From positions 1 to 46,825 of the forward strand of contig MEDY01000234.1 in NCBI GenBank assembly GCA_001724265.1: a stretch of 46,825 nucleotides of DNA, read 5' to 3'. This document shows, in pieces, positions 22,238 to 35,444 of this stretch (positions are counted from its first letter, which is position 1; each line of letters begins with the position of its first letter). Origin of the DNA: Rhizaria sp. SCN 62-66 (taxonomy: Eukaryota). The translations under genes and the position numbers were made by a program. The notes beneath the pieces were generated by a model. That model was given only the letters and a program-made list of their open reading frames with translations. It was not told the origin of the DNA and made no database searches.

Positions 22238-24634
22238 TTAGTGCGCCGCAGAAGGTCCGCGCAGTGCGGCGGAGGCCTCGTGCATCATCGTGGCCATGGC
22301 GGTGCCGCGGCGCGAGCCCAGCACGGCGGCCACCGAAGCCAGGTCGCTGCCAGGCACGCACGACGTGTCGGTCAGCGCGCCCCCAGCGCCACCGCCAGTG
22401 GAACGCTGGCGCCCGAAGCCGCCGCTGCTGCTCTGGCTGGCCTTAAACGCGGCGGCCGCGGCAGCAGAGGGCGTCGAGGAGGGCGTGGAGCTCGCGCCGT
22501 CGCCACCGCCGCCGCTGCTGACGCCGCCGGAGGTCGTGGGCAGTAAGAACGAGACCGAGACTGACGGCCCCCGCTTGTGCGTGCGCGCCGGCACCTGACG
22601 GTCTGCTGCCGACCCGCCATGCTTAAGCGCGTTCGGGCCGTGGGGGCTCTCGCGGCGCGACGCGGCCGTGCTGCCCGTCGCGCCGCCAGCAGCGCGCGCG
22701 CGGCGGCTCTGAGTCAGCGCGCGCTCGCGGGCGCGCTGGCGGCGTGCGGCTTTGCGGGCCTCATCATCGCCGCCCTCCTTGTCGTCATCGTCGTCGTCCT
22801 CACAGTCGTCGTCGTCGCAGTCGTCGTCGCTCGATGGGCTGTTGTAGTCGGAAACGGAGTCGCCGGAGCCGGGCGCGCCTGACTTGCGCTCACGCTCACG
22901 GCCGCCGCGGCCGCGGTGGGGCTGCGATTTCTGCGGCAGCTGCAGCTGCAGTTGCTGCTGAACATCGCTGCTGCGTTTGCGCTGGTGGTGGCCGTGGTGG
23001 GGCTGATGGTGCCAGTGCGCGGTTTGACTCGCGCTGACGCTGCTGTCTGAGCAGTCGCCGCCGCTGAAGGTGTTTGTGTGGTGGAGGTTGCTGGCGTGCC
23101 GGTTCATCTAATCGTCGCCGCTGTCTCCGTCCAGAATCATGTCCACGATATCGCGATCCTTACTGCCGCCACTGCCGCGGCCACCGCCACCGCCGCCGCC
23201 GCTACTTCTGCTGCCGCCGTTGCCGCCGCCGGCCGTGACTGAGCGGCGGCGGCCCGCGGCGGTGCCTGACCGCGCAGTGAGCAGCAGAGTGGACCCAGCC
23301 GTGGCAGGCGTGACGCGGCGCTGCAGCGCGCCCGAGTGCTGCGCCTGCATCTGCGCGTGTGGCGGCTGCAGGTTGAACATGTTCCCGCCGCCGGCGCCGC
23401 CGTTGCTGCTGCTGCCGGCGCGCGAGAGCGTCGGCGCCGTGTTGCGGTTCGCGCGGACCGACGTGAGGCTCTCTTCGAGGCGGCGGACCTGCGAGCCACC
23501 GACGCCCGAGGCCTTGTAGACGTCGAGACTGCGCGCGAGCGACTTGACCAGGTCCGCGCGCTCCGTCGAGTCAATCTCGCAGTAGACGAACAGGTCGCGG
23601 TGCACGCGGGGGAACTGCTGCAGGAACACGTCCTTGGGCACGCGCGGCCCCGCGGGGGTGCGGCGCACGAGCGAGTCGTAGATGTATTTAAACGCGCAGA
23701 ACACGGCCTCGGCGTGGGACGAGCCCGGGAATTTCTTGCAGCGCTGGCGGTAAGCATAGCGCACGATCTCGACGTCGTTGTACGCGCGGCGCTTGTCGCC
23801 AGCGATGCGGTAGACAATGGCGATGAAGCGCGTGTAGCAATCGACGGCAAGTGCCTTGAGGTCCTGAACGCTGAGCGCGGACCCGTCGGGCTCGTGGCAG
23901 TAGTACGTGAACACGTCCTCGAGGTGGATGGGGTACATGAGCAGCAGCGGATCCGTCCAGTTCTCCGGGAAAGCGTCGAGCGCCGCGATTTGGTCAGGCG
24001 TCAGCGGCACGCTCGCGTCCAGGCCTTCGCTGCTGGCGCCCGCGCTCGCCGCGACCGCGTCGGCAGAGGTGGAGGCCGCGGCGGAGGTGCGGCGGACGGG
24101 CGCGGTGAGGCGGCGGCGTTCGAGCGGCTGCGACGGGTTATAACCAGCGTCGAGCGGGAGACCGAGGATGGAGGCCGCGGTGACGCCCTGAGCGACTGAG
24201 GCCGGGCGCGGGGTCATCTTGCCGTAAAGCAACGCCTCCTCAGGCGTGAGCTGGACCTGCGCAAAGGCAAAAGACATGCCCGCGAGCGGGTCGTCGTCGC
24301 TGTCGATGCCGCCCACACCGCCCATGCTGCCGTGGGAGGGCGGGTGCTCGTCCAAAGAGAACATGTTCCCGCCCGCGCCGCCGCTCGAGGCGCCTGCAGA
24401 GGAGCGAGCGCCCGCGCGGGAGCTCGTGACGCCCGTGGCGCCGGAGCCGGGGGCGCGGGTGTAGCGCGCCGAGAGAAGCATGTTGCGGTTGCGCACGGAC
24501 ATGGTGACGGCAGAGTTGGCGTGAGCGCCGCCGCCTGCGTCCGACTCCGTCAGCTGGGTCGAGCCCTGGCGCACCGGGAGGCGCGAGGAAGGGCCCGGCG
24601 ACGTGTCGGCAACTTGGGACGATCCGCAACCCAT
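22238..24634 (-). CDS. Predicted N-myristoylated/palmitoylated protein with a central helical (degenerate EF-hand-like) domain; one ORF if TAG 23110-23108 is read through
   Basis: Starts MGCGSS (Gly2/Cys3/Ser6). Globular-looking segment LEDVFTYYCHEPDGSALSVQDLKALAVDCYTRF...VPKDVFLQQF. The ORFs 23108..24634 and 22238..23107 abut in one frame (GDSGDD*MNRH) with the same composition. Ends in TAA, followed by AT-rich DNA. Confidence 0.7.
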
Positions 24635-25457
24635 TTGTGAGTGAGAACGCGTAAAAGTCCGGCGATGGGGCTGTTCAACTCGAGAACCTGGGTTGAGCTG
24701 GAGGGGTTAGGGCGACAGATGTCGTATCAGAAGCAAGAGTTAGAGGAAATATGTAACGGTTAGTTATGCGACGTGTGCCTTCTGTGTCGAAACACCAAGA
24801 AGTAATTGAATCAAGGGTCATGTCTGGCGTGAAGTCGAGGAGAATGCAACTTGTGAAGATCGTCTTGGTTGATCGAGGATCATTTCACGCCATTATGGAA
24901 GACCCAAGTCATCGCAATGAAGCTAGAAATTAACAATAATATAGTTAAAAATGTGGCTCATCCCAGAAAATGAATGGCAGTCCAAAGCAACAGTCCCGTG
25001 ATGCGAGTGAACACTCTTTTGGATTCTTGTCACATGCTTCGCTCTGTAACTGCCGGCAATTTTTCGCGAACCGCGCCTCATGATTTTCGATCGAGCTCCT
25101 CTCGACACTCTGCAATGCTTTCACATATCAAGGTGTTTCGCGGCTGGAACGTCCTGTTTGCATTGTCCAATTGAAACCTTCGACGATTCACGCACTTTTT
25201 ATAGCTGTGCTTCTCTTATTGTTTGCTCTGTCGGTTTCTATCTCTCTTTCAGACCCGTTTTAGGGACGCTTTCGCCACTCTCGACTGCTGGCCCACCTGA
25301 GAACCTATCATCGCCTGGACGGGTTGCATAACCGAACCCGTTTTTTGGCATACACGCACTTGACGTCTGTACTGCTCTTTTGCTTACTTTGGCGCAGTTT
25401 TTGTCTTGCCAGCCGTCTCAGCCCCGCCGGCAGCGCCGCCCGCCCGCTCCCCCGAGC

Positions 25458-28400
25458 ATGAGCCTCAGCAGCGCCAGCACCAGGGCGGCCGCCTCGGCTC
25501 GCCCCGGCGCGGCCGCTGCGCGTGCCCCGGGCGCCCATGACGACGACGACGACGCCGAGTTTGCGCTGGACGACTTTGACTTTGACGTGGGGCCGCTGCT
25601 CTCCCCGCAGCCTGTCTCCAAGACAGGCAAGAAGTCCTTCGTACTCCCCAGCGACACGTCCCCGTCATCGGACAACAGCCCTGGCGTTGCTGCTGCTCCT
25701 GCTCCTGCTCCTGCTGCTGCTGCTACGGGCGAGTTGTCGCCGCTGTCCCGCGCCGGACACGACCCCTTTGACCTGGGCGCGCTCGACGACGACTTCAACG
25801 CCCCCGCCAAGCCCCCAACATTCTCCCCCACCAACACCACCACTGCATCATATGTCTCTGCGTCATCGCCCTCGACTAGAGCCGCACCGGCCTCCCCATC
25901 GCCCTCGGCACTGTCGCTGTCGCTGGGGTTGTCCGCGTCGGCCGTCGCCGAGGCCCGCGCGCGCCGCGCCGCGCTGTACGAGCGCCTGGCTCCTGCGTCC
26001 CAGCTGACGCAGAGGCTGCACGCCGCTGAGCTCATGGACCTCGACTTCCTCGCCGTCGTCGCGGAGCAAGACGAGCGCGCGCGTAGACACCACGCCGCGC
26101 TCATTGCGCACTCTGACGCCAAGATCGCCGCCGGAGACGTCACGCCCCCCGCAACGCCCCCCGCAACTCCTCCGCCGACGATGCCGCCTGACGACAACGG
26201 CGACGCAGATGCAGATGACGCAAAGCAGCACCACGCTGGGGAAACCACAGCGGGGAGCGCGCCGGAACACGTGACCCGCGCGCCCCCCCGCGCGTACCAC
26301 GCGGTGACCGTGAGCAGCCTGCTCAACGCGGAGCTGCCGCGCGCCAACACGGGCGCCGGCCGCGCCCGCGCCACCGCGCTCGCCGCCTGCGCCCGCTCTG
26401 CTGCCAGCGCTGCGGCCGACGGGAGCGCTCCCACGAGCGCGAGCGCGACTAGTCCGAGCTCTGCCACCGGCGCCGCCGCCGCCGCTAGCGGCGCTAGAGG
26501 TGCTGGAGGTGCGGGAGCTGACCCTGAGACGGTCGCGCGGGTGGCCGTGGCTGCCACGGCGGCGGCGGCGGCGGTGCGGAAGAAGAGCGCACTTGTCGTG
26601 ACCCGCGAAAACGTCGACAACGACATCTGGACACAGGCACTCTCCCGCCGCCTTAATAACGGCGCCAATGACGCCAATCCCGTCAACCCCGTCACAAGTG
26701 CGACTTCTGCTGCTGCTGCCGACTCAGCGACTGCGGGGGCCCCGCTCCCGCGGCCGCTGGCGTGCCCCGACCTGAAGCCCTTGCTGCCTCTCGCCCTGCG
26801 CTCCCCGCCGCCGCCGCCCGAGACCGCAGGCGCCCCCGCGACGCTGACGCTGAGCTCCGAAGTGCGCTTCCGGTTCAAGCGAGTGGCGCACGGGCGACGC
26901 GTGCGCTGGGCCGACGCGCCTCCGCCCGAGCAGCTGACGATGACCGACGAGGACTGGCAGCCCGCGCTGCGGCGCGCGCGCGAGAGGGCCGAAAAAAACG
27001 CCAAGCGCGCGGAGAAGGCGGCTGCCAAGGAGCAGCGCAAGGCAGCGAAGAAGCTCGCCAAAATCATCGGCACTGTCGGCGGCGTTGTCGGCAAATCTGT
27101 TGGCGATGCCGCGTCTGCTACTGCCACTGCTGCTGCTGTTGCTGCTGCTGCTAGCGCTGCTGAGGCCGCAGAAGGCGATGCTGCTGCGACCGAATCTAAG
27201 GTTGCTGTGGCAGAGACCAGCGCAGAGACTGAGACAGAGACCAAGGCTGATGCCAAGGCGGCGACTCAGGCGGCGACTGCTGCTGTGTCTGCGCCCCTGC
27301 CGGCGCTTGCGTCACCAGTCTCAGCGCCGGTTGTCGCGATCGTGCCCGCCGCCGTCGCCGCCGCTGCCGCGCCCTCTGTCACAGCCACTGCCACTGCCAC
27401 TGCCGCTGCCGCTGCGAGCGCCGCTGCTAGCGCGAGTGCGGATGCGGGTGCGACTAGACCTGCCATGCGCGGTATCGTCCTCCCCGCGCCCCTGAGCACT
27501 GCCACAGCAACGGCGTCGTCCTTGTCGTCCGCCGCGCTCAGAGCCGAGACTGGCCGTGAGGCGTCGGTCCGCGCGGCGCTCGAGAGCGCGCTGGCGGCCG
27601 GGGCGGCCGGGGACAGCTTCGGCCCGCACCGGGACGCCGCGGCGCGCAGAGAGGCCGTGTGCAGAGAGGCCGCCCTCAGAGAAGCCACCCTCAGAGAGGC
27701 AGCGCGGCTCCGCGTCACCGAGCAGCAGCGGCAGCAGATGCGGGAGGCCGGGCGCAGGGCCACCTCGGTCGCGGACCTGCAGCGGCGCGCGGAGGCCGGC
27801 GAAGACGACGAGGACGAGGATGAGGACGGAGATGGAGGGTTCAGACTGCACTTTGCCGGCAACGGCGCGAACAGCAGCAGCGACGACGATAACGGCGACG
27901 GCAATGATATGAAGCGCCCCGTTGCCAGCAAGCAGTCCGCCGCTCTGAACCCCCCCACGAAGCCTCTTGCGGCCGCGTCTGCCACCGCTGCGGCTGCAGC
28001 TGTAGCGCCTCAAACCCCGACGAAGCCCGCCGCTGCCACTGCCACCGCTGCTGCTGTCGCCGCCGCGGCAGCCGCGCCCCGGTCGACCGCCGCCCCGCCA
28101 CAGCTCTCGCTGATGTTCCCCGGCGCCGCCGCCGCTGCCGCCGCCGTGGCCGCTGCCTCCGGCCTCCCCCCACCGCGCGACGACGCGCTCTCCCCGCGCC
28201 GCACCGCCCCCGCTGCCCCCGCAGCCGCCGCTGCGGCTGTGGCGGCGGTGTCGTCGCTCGCGGGCGGAGCTCCGGCTGCGCGCGGGGGCGGGCAATGGCG
28301 CGCGCAGGGGGCCGCGCTGGAGCAGACGTTTGAGCAGCTCTCGCTCGAGATCGCAGCCAGCAAGCCCACCGCCGCCGATAACTGCAACAACAACAGCAAC

Positions 28401-31400
28401 AAGCCCGCCGCTGCCACAGCGACTGCTGTCACGGCCACTACGATGGCTGTGGCGCGCGCTGCCGTTGTCGCTGCGGCGAAGGTGCGGACCACCAACGCCG
28501 TGACGCTGACGCAGATGCAAGACGCGTGGCTCGCGCAGCCCAACAGCCAAGAGCCAGACACCGCGGACGACAGCGACGACGACGACGACGGGGTGACGCG
28601 TGTGCGCATCGTCGTCAGCGACAGTGATGACGACTGCGACGACGACGCGCGCGCCCCCGCGCCTGCGTCCGTCTCCGCTGCCTCTGTAGCTGCCACCTCG
28701 GGGACCGCGCCTGCGATGCCAGCTGCAGTGCCGACGACGACTGTGTCCGGGTTCGCAGTGGCCGGCTCCATCACACCGTCACAGACTCACGCTCCCACTC
28801 AGACGCAGACGCAGACACAGACTCAGCCCCGTATGCTAACGCGCGATACTGCCACAGCCACCCCTACCACAGCTGTCTCGACTGCTGCTGCGACGCGTCG
28901 CTCGCCGCCGCAGCCGCAGGCGCAGTCGCAATCTCGCAGCGCGCCCTCTGCCGCAGCCGCAGCAGCAGCGACTGCAGCCGCTGCGGCGTCAAAGCGCCTC
29001 AGTGGCGGCGGTGGCGGCGGGCTGCCCGGTCGCCCGCAATCCCCGGTGGGGCGCGCGCGCTCCCCGGTGCCGCGGCCTCAGTCGCCCTCCGCCGGCCGCC
29101 GCCTTGCCACCAGTGGCCCACCTGCCACTGCGGCGTCGGCTGCGGCCGTGCGTGGCCGCGTCGCCAGTCCCGGTCGCAGCGGCGCTGGCGGCGGCGGCGG
29201 CGGTGTCAGCGCATGTGGCGGCGGTGTGCGTGTGGGCAGTCCGTCCCGGTTCGCCAGTCCGGCGCGGCAGCGCAGTGCGCGTGCGTCGCGCGTTGCCACC
29301 ATCCACATGGGTTCCGATGACGATGACGACGACGACGACGATGCTGATGATGTCAATGACGGCGGCAATGTTGATGGCAACGGTCAAGAGCAGCCCGTGG
29401 CTGCCGCGGGTCGTGGCGCGAAGACCGGCGCTGGTCCCGGTCCGCGCCCGTCGAGCCCGCGCCCGCTGAGCCCGCGCACCCGCAACTCGGCGTCGGTCAC
29501 CGTGCCCGCTCTGGCGCGCACCGGCAGCAACCGTGCCACGGCCGCAGCCGCAGCCGCAGCCGCTGCTCCTGTCGCCGCTGTCACTGCTTCCGCGCCCGTG
29601 TCTGAGCCCGTGCCCGCGTCGGCCGAAGCTGCAACTGTGAATGTGGCTGCGACGACTGCGACGGCTGCGACGGCTGCGGCCGTTGCGACGGTGTCCACAG
29701 CGAGTGCGGCCGCGGTTCCTGCGGCAGCGCCTCTGGCCTCCCGCGCGGCCGCGACTGTGCGTGACGCCGTGCCCGGCGAGTCCGACAACACTCTCGCCAC
29801 AGCCAGCGAGTCGGGTGTGCAGTCGCAGTCTGTGCTTGACTCGGCGACGCATTCGGGCGCGACTGTGGAGGTCGACACAACGCCGCAGCGCCGAAACGCT
29901 GCTGTTGCTGCTGCTGCTGCTGTCGCGCGCCCCGCCACTGCCACCGCGACGGGCGCCGCCCCCATGTCCCCCCACCAACAGCGCCCGCAGCAGCGGCCGG
30001 CAGCCGCCGTGCCTGCTGCGGGCACTGTGGGCAAGACGACAACACCCGCCCGCTCCTCCACGCAGCGCCTCGCGCGGCCCTCCTCCGCCGCAGCCACAGC
30101 GGCAGCGACAGCTTCGGCCAACGCCACCGCGTTCACAGCGGCGACGGCTGGCGCATCCCCATCCCCGACCGCTGCCACCGCAGGTCCCGCAGGCTCCCCT
30201 AGCGCGCGCAGCCCCACCGGTGCAACGGGCGGCGGCGGCGGCGGCGGTGGTGGGACAACCGTGGACACGCTGAGCGGGACATCTGCGGTGCACCAGGAGT
30301 TCCTCCGCCGGCTCCGCGCGCGCAAGGCCGAGGAGCGCGAACGAGCCCTCGCGCGCGCTGCGGCGGCCGCGGCGGCGGCGGTTGGTGGCGCCGCCACGGA
30401 CGCCAACGCTATGAGTGTGCATCACGTTGGCGGTGATGCGTCGTCGTCGTTTGCGACTATGACAACTGCGACGCCCGTTGCAGCGCACACGACCGCTACT
30501 CTCAGCTCGCCCTCGCACGCACACGCGCATGCGGCGAACAGCAGTATGGCTGCGACGGCGAATGCTGCGAGCGCGATGCCGCTGACGCGCACGCCCGCCG
30601 CGGCCGCCGCCGTCGTGGCCGCGACCGCTGCTGCCGTCGTCCGCGCCGCCGCCGCCGTCGCCGTCGCCGTTAAGGGCCTCGCGCGCGCGGACGCGCTGGT
30701 GCGCGGCGACGCCCGGTTCGAGCCGCTGCGGCTGGCGCGCGCAGCGCAGCTGGCGCAGGACCAGAACCAGCTCGCGCACGCGCAGGCGCAGGCCGCGCAG
30801 GCGCAGGCGCACCTCGCGCAGCTGCAGGCGCAGGCTAGTCTGGTGCAACGCAAGGCCACCGCTGCCGCGACAGCCGCAGCGATGACTGCGGCGGCGGCTA
30901 CAGCGGCGGCGCAGGCGCAGGTGGCTGCGGATCCCAGTCAGCTGCACGGTCAAATGCAGGCGCAACTGCGCTTGGGACGGGCCACACAGGCTGGCGGCGG
31001 CGGGGCCCCCGTGAGCCCACGCGCTGGCAGCGCCAGCGGCAGCTCCAGCGCGAGCTCCAGCGCCAGCAGTAGCGCGAACACGAGCCCCAGCGCCAGCTTC
31101 GGGGGGCCTGGCTCTGAAGCCGACGTCTCGCGCACTGCTGCAACAACAACCACATCCGCCCGCGGCGCCCCCAGTCCCGGGGGTCTCGGTGGCCACGGTG
31201 CGGCGGCGACGGCGGCGGCGCAGCGCAGTGGATCTTTCGGTCCCAAGGGCTGGACGCCGCCAGTCGGCAAAGACGCCGCCGCCGCGCGCGGCGAGCGGAC
31301 CCCCACTGTGACTGCGCGCATGCAGCAGTCTAACCCGGGGGCCGCGAGCCAGAGCCAGAGCCAGAGCCGGGGTGCGGCGGCACGTGACCGCAGCAACAAC

Positions 31401-32623
31401 TCTACAACTGCGACCCCCCTGCGCACCCGCACTCCCACTCGCACCGCCACTGCCACTGCCCCTGCGGCTGCGGCTGCGGCCGTGGCCACCCCGTCTGCTG
31501 TGCAGTCAAGTGCAAACGCTGCGCTCACGAGCCACGCAGGCCGCACGCCGATGCGCCGCCCCGCCACCGCCACCGCAGCCGCCGCAGCTGCCGCTGCCGC
31601 GGCTTCCACAACATCGGTCACGTTTCTTTCGACTGCGACTGCCGCGGCCAGTGCGACCCCCGGGCACTCGCGGCGGCCCTCAGCAGGCGGCGCGGGCTCC
31701 GGGGCCGCCGCCGTCGCCCCCGCCGCTGCGGGCGTCTCTAGCACCCGCAGTCTCGCCCATGGTAACGCGTATACCCACGGTTACGGTCGTGCTGCGGTGG
31801 AGACGCGGCTTAACTTCTCGCCCGACTCCGAGGCCGAGACTGCCGAGACCGCTGAGACTGCCGAAACCGCCGCCGCGCACCGCGCCCGCAGCAGACGCGA
31901 GGAGCAGACCCCCCGTGTCGTCACGGTCACCGCGGCACCGGTAACGCCCAACGCTGCGGTGCGATCGCCAGTGCCAGCGCCAGGAACACCGGGAACGCCG
32001 TCGTCGTCGTCGTCGCGAGATGTGATCGAGTCGCCGCACTCTGCGCTGCGCGGTGCCGCGTGCCCCGCCACGCCCTCGCGTCTCTTCTTCACTCACGCCG
32101 CCCCCAGCAACAACCATGGCGACCATCACGACAACGTCGCTGGTAAAGCGCCGGTCGCGGATGATGCTGATGCCGTGCATGAGCCGCACGCTGCGCACAG
32201 TGGTTATGCGTCTGCGCACAGTGGCGCCGCGCAGTCGTCCGTGAAGAACCCCTCTGCGGCCGCCAGTGACAGAGAGAAACCCCACGCCGGCGCTGTTGAC
32301 GCGCACTGCGCGCTGGCCGCTGTGTCCGGCTCTCTTGTCAGCGGTTTACGCGGTGGGAGCGCTGTCGCCGGTCACAGTGCGTGCGTGTCGGTCGGCGGCG
32401 GCTCACTCGCGGGCTCCTGCGCCGCCCCGCCGTCGCCGCTGCACGTGTCGGTGGACTCTATGCTGCCGGAGGGCGAGGCGCGAATCACTGCGCTCGCGCA
32501 GCGCATGGCGGCGCGGGAAGCGGCGCGCAAGCGCGGCGCGGTGCCGGCGCCCGCCACGGCCACGTCGGCGAATGAGCGCGCCGTCGCGCAGGCGCGCACT
32601 CTCGCGCTCGCGCTCGCACAACA

Positions 32624-32654
<31 letters not shown>

Positions 32655-34610
32655 GCCAAGCAAAAGCAGCTGCAACAGCAACAGCAACAACAGCAGCAAA
32701 AGCAGCAACAACAAGAGATGAAGCAACAGCAGGATAGTGCTGCGGCGACCGCGACTCCTGCGAAGCGTACTGCGACAACGCCATAGCAGCAACGCCCTCA
32801 GTCAGCCGTTGTCGCAACCGCTAACGCCACTGCGACTGGGACCGCTACATTGATTGCGAATGTGACGAGCGCTGCAGCTTCGCCGCAGGCCAAGTAGTCG
32901 CTTGGCCTCCCGTTGTCAATGGCAGAAAACGCGAACCTTGTGGCTGTGCCGTCTCCCGCCCCAGTGTCCGTGACGGTGAACGTTCACGACGACGATGACG
33001 ACGACAATGACGACGATTATGATGAACACGGTGACAACGACGACGCCAAGCCCTCGGCTGCCACTGCCGCCGCCGCTGTCACCGCCGCAGCTTCGAATGC
33101 GGCGCTTGTCTCAACCCCCGGCAAGCCCCCGCGGCCTCAGCCCTCCGCCTCCGCCGCGGCTGCCACTGCTGCTGCTGCTGCAACGGCGACGACGACGACG
33201 ACTACGACTGCGGCTTCACTGGTGCCCCCGCCGGCGCGCGCGTCGCTGATGCCGCGGCAGTCCCCCGTCTTTATCCCCGCGGCGTCGCCGTTCTTGCCCT
33301 CGACGCCCACCGCCGCCGCCTCCGCAGCAGCTGCCTCTGCCGCAGCCGCCGCGGCCGCAGGCGGGGACTCGGCGCCCCACACGCCTCTGACAGGCGCGAT
33401 GGCGGGCGCGTCGCCGGGACACATGGCGCTGGATCACAGCGGAACACACGGTCCTCACGGTACACGTGGGACCCATGGGGGCGCAGGTGACGCGAGGGCG
33501 CAGCAGGCGCGCGCGCGGTTGTTGTCGGCCACTGCGGCCGCGACCGCCGCCGCCGTCGCCGCTGCCGCCGCCACCTGGAACGCCACCACATTGTCGCCCG
33601 CGAACGGCGGTGTCGGTGGCTCTGGCGCTTCAAACGTGAGCTCAGTAGCCCCAGGCTCGCCCGCCGCGGCGGCCTCTGCGGCCGCCGCGGCGGCCGCGGC
33701 GCTGCTGGCCCCGCCGCCGCCGCCGACGCCGACGCGCGCGCTCGTCGTCAGCACGCCCAAGGGCGTCGTCGCCGGCGGCGGAACCACGACGTCCTTCACG
33801 TTTGCGTACATCCCGCGCCGCAACCTCGCGCCGCCGCTCTCCATCAACGGCAGCAGCGGTGGCGGTGGCAGTAGCGGAGCTAAGCGGTCTCCGCGCCTCA
33901 AGCCGCAGCAAGCCAACGGCGCAGGCACGAGTACCGCCGCGGGTGGCACGGGCACTGGTGCCGCCGCGGGTTCCTCGGGTTCCGGTACACGTGGTGGCGG
34001 GGGGCAGACGCGCGCTGCAGGGGACCGTTCCCCGCGCGCGTCGCCGCGTGGGTCGCCTCGTGGGTCCCCGCGGGGCTCGCCCCGTGACAGATCAAGCAGT
34101 AGCGCGCATAGCAACAACAACAACAACAGCAGCAACAACAGCAACATGAGGCCGTCGCCGTCGATGCTGTGTGGACACGCACAGCACGCGCCGGGGCCGC
34201 TGTCCCTGGGCGACGGCTCCGCGGCCTCAACCCCACGGTCCACGCCCACCGCCACGGGCAACGGCAGCGGCTACAGCTACGGCTATAGCGGTGGCTCTGA
34301 GAGCGACTCCTCAGCCGGCGGCGGCGGCATGGGCGGCGGCGGCGGCGGCGGCGGCGGGGGTGGCGGGGCGGCTGTGGTGTTGGCGGACCCCGTGGCCACG
34401 CTGCCGCCCGCGCTGGCCGCGAGTCTGGCATCCGCGCGCTGGGCGGGCAACGTGCCCGTGGCCATGACCGCGGGCGCGCGCGCGCGGGCCACGGGCACCG
34501 CGGTTACCGGCGGGTCCCCCACGGCCTCGCCCTGGGCCGGCGCAAACGCGGGCAACGACGATAGCGCGAGCGAGCACGAGACGGGGGGGGAGTTCTCGCT
34601 CGGCGACTGA
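25458..34610 (+). CDS. Giant (~3050 codon) intrinsically disordered Ala/Ser/Thr/Pro-rich protein with short coiled-coil blocks; in-frame TAGs at 32784-32786 and 32895-32897
   Basis: ORFs 25380..32786 and 32913..34610 share a frame. The gap reads TTP*QQRPQSAVVATANATATGTATLIANVTSAAASPQAK*SLGLPLSMAEN with coding-like composition. First ATG is at 25458. Ends in TGA, where GC drops. Confidence 0.7.
32619..32731 (+). repeat. CAG/CAA polyglutamine tracts
   Basis: Read directly. Similar tracts lie at about 6374-6535 and 15303-15337. Confidence 0.85.
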
Positions 34611-35444
34611 CGTGACTGAGGCTGTTACAGCTTGACGAATGCTGCAGTGACGCGAGTGGCAACTGAAGCTTACAAGTGATAGCCTGCGAACCGATACGAT
34701 GTGTCTTTGAGAGCAACAAAGCTCGGTGCATCGTTTTTATGCAATTTCAAAAGATTTAATACTACCCGTGATTTCTACTTTTTTAGTTTCAACGAATTTC
34801 TAATTAGTCTCACCCCTGTGTCGCGCGGGGACAGCCCAGTAGGGCGCCTGCGCGGCTGTATACACTAGCACTTCTTTCATCAGACATACGTGAATATTAC
34901 GCGCATGCGACACAAGACGAGTGTAGTCGCGTCCAGTAGCATACACTGTATAACAAGTCAATACTGAATTTTAGAATGGTATTCAAACAAATGCGTGTGT
35001 CGCTGGAAAAGCAAAATGGGTTACGTTTCGTGACTTCCTTTGGTGGCGCGACGGCAGGGGGTGGGCAGCAAGGCAGCAAGAAGGCCGATAATCGAAGAGA
35101 TCGCATGCGACATCCTGAACGCCCCTTGAATTTGAACCGATATTAATAGTTTTTATGTGTTTTGATCAATACTCTATTTTGAACATATACCGTCAAAACC
35201 TAGCTGTGACCTGTGATATGTCGGGTAATCGCAGCCTCTAGAGACGCAAGTGCCGGATCTCGTTGTGCTCTTCCAAGAGCGCTCCAAAAATGTAATCATG
35301 TTCGCAGAGCCAGGCTTAACCCATTCCCAATCCGCGAACCTTTATTTTGCTCTCCCGCAGCCCCGCAGAGTCACGCCCATTAGCCAAGAACCCTCCTTCT
35401 TCCGACCTAGCAGCTGAGATACTCTTTCATCCACTCGTGCGTGA

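Noticed and set aside
32767-32897. Possible intron GTACTG...AAGTAG removing both TAGs
   Set aside because: At 131 nt it would shift the frame, and the segment lacks the pyrimidine/T-rich composition of the other introns.
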